Origin: Marsupella aquatica
Taxonomy: Eukaryota > Plantae > Marchantiophyta
Assembly (NCBI GenBank): GCA_973895155.1
Contig: OZ316897.1
Location: forward strand, 12,237,832-12,301,831
Reading direction: 5' to 3'
Length of the DNA stretch: 64,000 bases
The notes below the pieces were generated by a model. The model searched no databases and had not been told where the DNA came from. It worked only from the letters and a program-made list of their open reading frames with translations. Positions 55,590-64,000 of the stretch are shown here, piece by piece. Every line of letters starts with the position of its first letter. Within the stretch, counting starts at the first letter, position 1. The position numbers were made by a program, and so were the translations under genes.

Positions 55590-56240
55590 AAGCTGAGTCT
55601 GCTCGAAGCCAATAATTACCTGGAAACTTCCAATTCAGTGTCAATTTTGTCAAACGCAACTGAAAGAGAGAAATAGAGAATCTTTTAGTAACGGGCTATT
55701 GTTACTTGTTAGGACTTTGCCGCACTGAAGACTAGGTAGAATGATGCTGCTACCCTACCGTAGGGCTCTTCTTAGATTCCAATACCCATCTCCTTTAGAT
55801 TACACCGGGCCCAATCATCCTCAGAACCCATGACCTTTTCGGTCAATAGTCGTGACTTGCGAGGCCCTACAGTAACTTGGCAAGTTGTCTCAGGAGCCCA
55901 CCATTCTAGCGTTTTTAATTGTGGGGTCCCGCGCTTCTTATTAAGGTGTTCACAGAGGTACATGCCAGACGATAGGATAATTCCAGTTGAAATCATCCAG
56001 ATGGATTATTGCAAGAAAACGATTTTTTAATTCCGCGACTTGACTTGATGTCCTGACCCACGGAGGCGCAACTCACAAGGCAGCATAATCTTGGTGGTTG
56101 GTCGATGGCATAAAAAACAACGAACGATATGTCATCAACGATATGTCATCAATCGAATCCAATCCTGGCAGAGTCTTCACAATCTAATGGCCAAGATGAG
56201 TATTCGAGAAAGTTGATAATTACCTTGAACCTGTCAAACG
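55590..56240 (-). repeat. Inverted copies of the dispersed array flank module
   Basis: 55720..55991 is the reverse complement of about 4220..4480 (ORF 55772..55996 parallels 4086..4391). 56045..56240 is the reverse complement of the 18450..18660-type segment. Confidence 0.8.
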
Positions 56241-56425
56241 TTGGCTCCTTAAAGGAAAGAATCTTCAAACAAAGTTGACAATTAGAGACATATAGTTAAT
56301 GGACCTCCAAAGGGAGGTATTGTATACTGCGAGCAAGGAATTTTGTTAGGGATGAGAGTGTTGTTAGAGAGTCACTAGTGATTTTAAATCTCTTTTGCTT
56401 TTTGCTACCTTTCCTAATTTTTGTG

Positions 56426-57070
56426 TTTTTTTTTGAACCAGATGGCCAGCGCGTTCGCTAGCAAAAAGAGGAGTCCCAAAAATGTATGTTATCAACCATG
56501 TTCTTGTTAGTGAGGCAATTGGAGATAGAAAAATTAAGGGTCATGTGAGTAACACTAACAGTGGAAGTATGATTTCTAGGTGCAGACTTGTCGGTCATGT
56601 CATTGAGATCAGTGAGAGTTCTACTCAAGCAACTTTCTTAGCACTTCTGGTGCGCAAAAGGGTGGCCTGCGCACTGACAGCAGCTCCATGGAGGATAAGT
56701 TGCAGTGGGAAGCGGGTGCGTTAGCATGATAAGTTTGTTGTCATCTTTCCATCCAGATACTGCTTATCATCTGATAAATCAGAATAAAAAAACCTGGGTC
56801 ACGCTTTTGTGAGCGGATGGCAGTGTCGATTTTCCCAAAAAGGAACATCCTTAGCCTTATGCAGCCTGGTTCCCTCAACAATGTGTTCAAGTTGAGTCGA
56901 GCGGGGTCTCAATTTCGGGCAGTCATAGAACATGTGTTCTATAGTCTCAATGTTACCTTGGCATGCAGTGCACATTCCATCACAACATATACAAAGCGGT
57001 GTAGACATTGACAAACATGTATAACAAATGTATTATATTACATACGAGCCCTATGCCAGTGCGTTGCATT
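56426..57070 (-). mobile_element. Degenerate 3' fragment of an L1-type LINE
   Basis: CTACQGNIETIEHMFYDCPK (zf-RVT CCHC motif at the end of ORF2) in ORF 56799..57014. The T-run at about 56426..56434 is a possible poly(A) tail. Boundaries are approximate. Confidence 0.65.
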
Positions 57071-60000
57071 GGGCAAGGAGGGCCGGCCCATATGGAGTCG
57101 GGTCGGGGCATGTTGGGGCAGTGGGAAGCACATATGTGCCCAGGGTATGGTGCACATTTCTTCCATCAATGGTAAGGGAAAATAGCTAATCAATCCAACA
57201 GCCGTGAATCTTTCCCGCCCAGGATCCTTTTCTGTACTGAGATGAAGGACGAAAAAAGACGGGAACCCTTATTATAGTTGTAGATAGATAAACAACTTAG
57301 GGTTTCAAGTAAACCTTGGCATAGAACAAGAAGCCCTAAATGATGAGTAACAAGCCCATACTTTAGGAACTCTAGCCAAAAAATCAGAAAAACAACAAAA
57401 AAGTCAAAAAAAGTGCCAAAATTAGCACCTATTTTAGAACAAAAATATGGAGCAAACAAAATAAGACATAAACTAGCTATGTTTTGACGCCTAAAAATGA
57501 CCAAATTCATTTGAAGTTACATCCCACCAATAAATGATCTCAAATACAACACTATTATCTACAATGGTCTCACAATTACACGAGCTGTCTCTTGAAACAA
57601 CAAAAAATCACCTCCAAAAGCCATTGTCATTTAAAAACCAGAAAATAAATTACTACAACTTAACCTGATACACATTATTTTGAAAAGAAGACAAGGAGAA
57701 TAGAAATGACACCATCTAATTGAATTGAAACACAACCCACTAAGAAAATATTAAACTACAAATTTCTCAAGAAACTTTAACCATGAATTCATGAATAAGT
57801 GGTAAAGGCATTTTGAAAATTTGAAAATTTTCAAGTTATCTATGTTTTTCAATGGTAATGTCATAAAAAATAACTACTTTTCATTACTCAGATCCAGAAG
57901 TCCTCAACTCTTGAAACGAAATATCCCTAGATTTATCTCCTAGCGGGGTTCTAGCTGATCTATTCTCTTGTTCTTGCTCTTTCTCTTCTGCCAAAAAGAG
58001 GATTTGCATACCTTGGAATTTGATTACTTGTGCTAGGAGTCTACCCCTCCTTCGTATGGTAATGCATGTTGCAATTATCGTAAGAAGTAAAACCCATAAA
58101 AATACAATTTGTGGAATGTATTAGAAGATCCGTTGGTCGGTGCCTAATCCAAACTACAACATTTGTTGTCCATTTCTGTATTTACATGAAGAACTTATCT
58201 TTGGAAGATAAGTATTGCATGAAATCAAGAAATAGAAATCTATATGATTAAGAAGTAGCGACATTCTTAATTCACGGATTTGAAGTACCATTGTGGTATA
58301 CTAAATGTGCATTAGTTTTTCTTTGGAATTGCGCATCGCTGAAGAAGGAAACATGTTGCCGGCATTTTAATGACACACTACTATACACACAATCCGAAAC
58401 TTATCTTGGGTTTTGTGAGCATAGACACTTTTTAAACTTAGATTTATGATAGACACCTAGAGAGCAGTTATAGCAAGGTTATATTTGACTTATCAACGTC
58501 TCAAATAATGCCATAGCTCTTTCTTAAGACATGGTGACGGAGTTAAATATTGCTAAACTATACCTCTAAAAGCTCTAAGATTCTGTTATCCAGCAAATGT
58601 CATTTTGTTCTTATTTTGTTAATTGCCTGTGTTTTGTTTAAGATTCTATTTTTCTTATAGATGTTGAGTACCATCTCTAAACCACTCAAAACACTTTAAA
58701 ACATCTTTTCATCCCATTCTTGTTCTTCCACGGGAACGAACACCGAGTTTTTAGAATATATTCGATGATATTTGCTTTTGTTAGCATACGACAATGCATA
58801 TTGGTCAATTGCAAGCTTGAGGGGGGCAAAAAGGTCAATGGAAGGTGCAATCTTCTCCTCAGACACCTTCGGCAGTCCGTTTGGAAGTGTGCCATAAGGG
58901 TTGATTAGGAGTAGTGTCCATTAATGATTCAATGGTTAAGGACAAAAGTACTTTAAAGGAAGTCCAGGTGATAATGAATACCAATGAAATAGGACTTACA
59001 CGTAAATTGAATTTCAAAATACTTATGCATTCATTCCGAATCTCCATTTTTTGCTGGAAAATGCCTGAGTGCGGGTGTTCCCAAATGAATTTTTGCCATA
59101 GAGCCTCGTTTAACTTCCATGGCCTCTTTAACTTAAGAAATATAAAATTGTCTCTAACTTATGAAATATCAAATTGAACTTACGTTCAAAAGCTCATTGT
59201 GTTGTAGGGGCCGCCATCAATTTCTGCGAGATGGCAGCAGTGTGGCACAAAGATGAATCCCAAGAGAACGACGCAATTTTTGAAGGTGAAAGTCATGGTA
59301 TGACCAGCCTATCAGGCAGCAAGAGATCACTGAGCAATTGAGTAGAGGCATTCAACCGAAAGACAAAAGTGAGGGCCTGATTTGTCATGTCAAGCAACAA
59401 GCAGCAAGTTGATCAGTTGCCTCTTCATGCTCAACAGCAAAGTGAGGTGTTATTAACTGCTGCTTAGGAATGAGGCACTTTGCTTACATGGAGAGGCAAC
59501 GGCTCAAGCTGCGTTGAAGCTGCAGAACATCAAGAATCATTGTGCTGAAGGCAAAGAAAAGTTTTTACATTTGCGCTCACTTTTGGCAAAATTAGCTGGG
59601 CTTTTGATTTTAGCCAGTTCCCACCTAGCCACAGAACCAATTACCCAAAACCTGACTTTTAGTTTTAGATCCAAAGGTCAAGATTAGTCTAGAAAAATTA
59701 GATAAGGGATATTCCTAGCATACTCTACTTCACACAGGTGACATTTGCCACCCTTGTGAAAAATAAAAACCTTAAAAGTACGCTGGTCTCCCTCTCTTGC
59801 ACGACATGGACCCTGCTGCACCCTTGTGCAAGGACACCGACAAGAGAAATGGGGAGGAGCGGAGGGGAGGCGAGAGGAGAGGGAGTAAAAGGGGAAATAG
59901 AAAAGACCTTCTCCTTCCCCATAGCGATGCATGATCCCCACTACACCCTATGACACCATGGCTGCCATCAGCTGGCCTGATGCTCTCCCATGCCCTTGAC

Positions 60001-60377
60001 CTCCCAACATTGACCAAAATGACAACATTCTCACAACAACAACAATCACCCACCCAAAATGATGACACTCCCTCAACTCTAACGTGATTGTGTGCCATGC
60101 ATGGGCATTAGGCTCAGCAATGACAACATGGTCACCATAAAATCATGCAATGCAAGGCGTTGGGCTAGTTGACTAGACTATTGGAAATATCTTTTCCAAC
60201 AAATGCAACAAAAAAAACATATCATGACTGTCAAAGTTAGCTGCTCCAAAAAAATTTGAAGGACAAAGTGTGAAGCGTGAGTGATGGAATAATCTTCAAA
60301 AATCCAGAAGTCTCTCAAGTCTTGTGAAAACTAAAGGTAGTAGACCAGTTGGAAACATATATCTTTCCAAGCAACTT

Positions 60378-60845
60378 CTAAGGAGCCCAAGAAGAGCCAA
60401 TGGAGTTGGGTATCAAAGGACATATTGAATGTCAATCTTTACTGAAAACATTTTGGAAACAATAAGGGTGTTCCAAGGAGCCCAATCGAGCAGCATAGCA
60501 AGGGAGCTATTTAATGCCAAACTTTGCTAAAACCTTTATGCAAACAAGAAGGGTGTTCTAAGGAGCCCAAGAAGAGCCAACTGAACTGTATAGCAAGGGA
60601 GATATTGAATCTCAATTTTTGTTCAAACCCTTTTGGAAACTAGAAGGGTGTTGGTTGGAGCCTAAGAAGAGCCAATTGAGTTGGATATCAAGGGAGATAT
60701 TGAATGTCAAATTTTGCTAAAGACATTCTAGAAACGAGAAAGGTGTTCTTTGGAGCTCAAGAAGAGCCAATTGAGTTGGATGTCAAGGGAGGAGTTGAAT
60801 GTCTAACTTTGCCGAAAACATTTTCAAAACAAGAAAGGTGTCAAG
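60378..60845. repeat. Degenerate tandem repeat, about 95-bp unit, about 5 copies
   Basis: Recurring ggagcccaagaagagccaa(t)tgagttggatatcaagggagatattgaatgtcaa...ggaaacaagaagggtgtt at about 60378, 60473, 60558, 60653 and 60748. Confidence 0.85.
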
Positions 60846-61188
60846 CAGTGAAAACTTAAATTTTGGAAACGAGAAAGGTATCAAGGAGTGACGATGTAAA
60901 AAGTGTTACATTCTGCTGTGTGGTAGTTCACTTGAGTTGAGACTCATAGGTCTAGACTTCAAATATTGTGGCTGACTATTCACATTCTGTGCTGTTTCAC
61001 AAATTTCCCCTAAAATGGAAAATAAATAAATAGGAAGTGCTACATTCCATGTGGGCGGCAGAAGTGTTCATGGCTCGGTTCCGAAAAGAGGTTTGCTACG
61101 GCATATAGCTATGGCGTATAGCCTTCATCTTTTACTACTGGGATCTTCGGAGTACGCTGGTAGAGAGTCCCCATTTCGTCGAGGAAGA

Positions 61189-63996
61189 ATGGCAGTTCGT
61201 ACAGAGCAAGACGAATGGTACGAGGCACTCTTTGATGGAGATTGCAAACGGGTAATGGACTGTTTGAAACGCGATAGGAGTCTGCTGGAGGTAGGATGGA
61301 GAAGGGAACCTTCAAGGGCGATTCGAAGACACGATGCATCTGGATGGCGGACACTGAGCTCATGGAAGGGACGCAACGCACTTCACGTTGCTGCATGGAG
61401 GGGATGCGTTGAGCTGGTCGAGCTGGTGCTTGAAAGAAGCAATTTAACAGCGATCAAGAGTTTTTCAAGAGTAGATAAACAAGGCACAGTTGCAGAAAGC
61501 GAAAGTATTGCAGCAAGAACTCTGGGTCATTCGGATCTAGGGGAGAACAAGGGAGGAGAGAGGAATGACCGGATCGTTGGTGGTGGTGACAATCTTTATC
61601 ACTCTCTTCAGAATTTTCGTGAGCTTCTGCTTGCCAAGGATGGATATTTCGGACTCGAACCTCTTCCCATGGCAGCCCTTCATTTCAATGTCGATGTCAT
61701 GGTTCTCCTCGCTTATGCATATGGAGAATGTGGAATCTATCCTCGACCGATTGAAACTGCCCCCCCACCTAGACGTTTGGTGGACGTGGAGGAGTCTGTA
61801 CACAGGGACAACAGGGTCCTACTAAGACAGGCGACGGAGAAAGTCATTGCGAGCTTTGATGATCGTCTCGCTTGGTGCTTGGATCCATACCACAAGCACC
61901 CGGATTTCAATTTTCTCCGCCCAGACGAATACCTTTTCCATTTCTTGTGCTCTTGCGGTAGGACAGAGCCCAACGTTTTAGATGCGTTGTGGAAGGAGGT
62001 CAGGTCGTGTCCTGGCGAACTTTGGCGTTTTCTTTTGGAGCTCCATGATGGCCAAGGAAGAACTCCGGCTCATGTTGCGCTCGACTCTGGGAGCTTGGAG
62101 AGGTTTCTGTTAACACTTTCTGATGGTGATGATCCGAGGAACGTACTACATTGTGCAACTACGGCACTTGACGGAGCTTCGAGGACGCTTGCACACAGGG
62201 CAGCTGCAATCGGTGCACTCGCCAATGGACTTGCCCTTCTTGTAAAATTCTCCCGTGGATTTCGTGAAGTCTCCACCACCTGCTATGCTACATCGAAGTT
62301 TTCTGTGGCAGCAGCGGCGTTCCGCTCGAGGAAACCGTCAAAAGAGTTCAACGCTTATCTCACACTTGCCACTTCTATCATGGAGCTCTACACCCGTGAC
62401 AATGGCTTCCGATTGCAACGAAGTCCCAAGCCCCTTCACGCAGCAATTCTTACTAAGAACTATGACTGTGCAAAGGTTCTGATGGAGTCGCTTGCATTTC
62501 CCTGGAGCGATGTTCCCTATTATGAGGCTGTGTTTGAGGATGGGACTATGATCGAGCTGGACACAAAAAAATTTGCGTGTCTTGCAGGGGCTGATGTTGA
62601 GCTCATCAACTCTATCAAGGTATGTCCAGACACCCTGAACACGAGGCCTTCATTTCAAAAGGCCTTCAAGATATGCAACTTGATATGTAAAAGAAGATAT
62701 CTCAAATATTGGTTTGATCTGTTATTTCAGATAATTGATGATGAATTGATGGAAATTTTGAAATCCGATTTTCACAAATAGACAAGCTCATTGTATGAAA
62801 CACAGAGTACTGTTCTACATAAGAAATTATGTGAGTTTTTTTGTTTCCTGCTAGGTGATGAACTATCGGATGTAGATTTGGATGACACAAATTTTCATGC
62901 ATTTTGAAGCTGGGTTTTTGATTTGAGATGTGTGTATAAATCTTGACAGGCGCAGAATGTAGCAACATTGAAAGGGAGTCTGAAGCGGGTAATAGGGAAG
63001 GAATTTCCTACCCTTCATATTGTTGCATCTTCAGGGAATTATGAACTATTAGCATTTCTCATAGATGATCCTCAATGCAATCCCTTTGTTGAAGATGTTG
63101 AAGGTAACACGGCACTTCACCACGCTTTGGGGGCTAGAGAGTTCAAGTTTAGGCCATACTTCCTAGATTATGTAAGTTGTCAACATTTTCAAGAATGTCC
63201 ACTAAGGGCAGAAATGAAACGTCGGGAAAACTTACCATTGGATGATCAGAAGACTTGGGAGTTGCCATTGGAAGACAAGAAGACATGGGATGAAAACCGA
63301 ATTGTGGAGAGGCAGGGATGCATCAATCTATTGCTACAAGCAGGATGTGATGTTTTTAAAGTTAACAAAAAAAAACAAGTTCCATATCCCAAAGGAAGTT
63401 TGAGTCGCAATGCTAAATTCCGTTCTTGGTGGTATGAAAAACAAGAGAAAGAGTTTGCATCAATCCAGAACAATCTCAATTTTGCAGCGAATGCAATTTC
63501 TGTCACTGCAGCATTGGTTGCAACAACTTCTTACATTGGGCCATTGCAACCTCCTATGGGCTACATTGTGGATCCAACATCAACTTCAAATCAGATCCAA
63601 GATCAAAATTCTTGGGTTCTAAGCTTCATTGTTTGTGACACATTCTCATTTTACTTGGCAATTGCTGCCATCACGTTTTCCTTGATCCCCTCTCTTCCAA
63701 TGCCTCAACAATCCATGGCGGGTGAGCTACTCCGGACCCGGAGAATGGTGACACTGGCAGTTGCCATTCTATTCCCAGCAATCATTTTTGTATTTTTAGC
63801 ATTTGCTTCTAGTGCTTTTGCAGTAAAAAGTGCTAGTATCACTTCATCAACTGGTGGAAGTCTTATGATAGCTACTGCCACTGTTGGAGGCCTTATTTGC
63901 CTAGGAGGATTCTCTATGTTCTTCATGAGACTCCTAGCATTTTGTTTCCCAAGAAACACTTGGGTCAGATACTTCTATGATCATTCACCCATTTAG
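61189..63996 (+). CDS. Ankyrin-repeat / PGG-domain transmembrane protein (ACD6/ITN1-like), 2 exons: 61189..62619 and 62950..63996, about 825 aa (alternative ATG at 61111)
   Basis: Ankyrin motifs GRNALHVAAWRG, GRTPAHVA, PLHAAI, PTLHIVASSG and GNTALHHA. PGG-like TAALVATTSYIGPLQPPMG followed by several TM helices. The phase-0 intron AAG|GTATGT..TTGACAG|GCG (62620..62949) joins ORFs 61051 and 62968 in frame. Confidence 0.88.
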
Positions 63997-64000
63997 CTCT

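Noticed and set aside
57190-59600. AT-rich region possibly holding a decayed DNA-transposase remnant
   Set aside because: No convincing catalytic motif or long frame found by eye. A tBLASTx/HMM search would be needed.
62620-62781. C-terminal tail of the 576-aa ORF, and two separate genes at 61051 and 62968
   Set aside because: This is read-through into a canonical phase-0 GT..AG intron. The two ORFs are exons of one ANK-PGG gene.

Overview
Eukaryotic genomic DNA, most likely from a non-seed land plant such as a liverwort or other bryophyte (inferred from the gene and TE families). The window holds a minus-strand tandem array of three single-ORF TORNADO1-like Roco genes with the architecture ribonuclease-inhibitor-type LRRs, Roc GTPase, COR, coiled coil and a Cys/His C-terminal domain. 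Copy 1 (<1..2312) runs off the left edge. Copy 2 (21256..24936) is intact. Copy 3 (34606..44403) is split by a Ty1/copia insertion. A two-exon ankyrin-repeat/PGG transmembrane gene (ACD6/ITN1-like) lies divergently at the right end. The spacers are duplicated flank modules plus many TEs: three full-length young copia elements with TSDs, a Bianca-like remnant, solo and truncated LTRs, a MULE-like foldback, a CACTG MITE, two copies of an 8-bp-TSD MITE and an L1 fragment. The main signal is that the Roco paralogues differ sharply at the exposed xxLxLxx LRR positions while their C-termini and some non-coding flanks are almost identical. This resembles NLR evolution and suggests a candidate non-NLR Roco immune-receptor cluster. 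Secondary highlights are a MITE-supplied in-frame ATG that could rescue copy 3, a single in-frame TGA at the gag/pol junction of a young copia, and an intact TG..TA copia with a half-tRNA PBS. All alignments and counts were done by eye.
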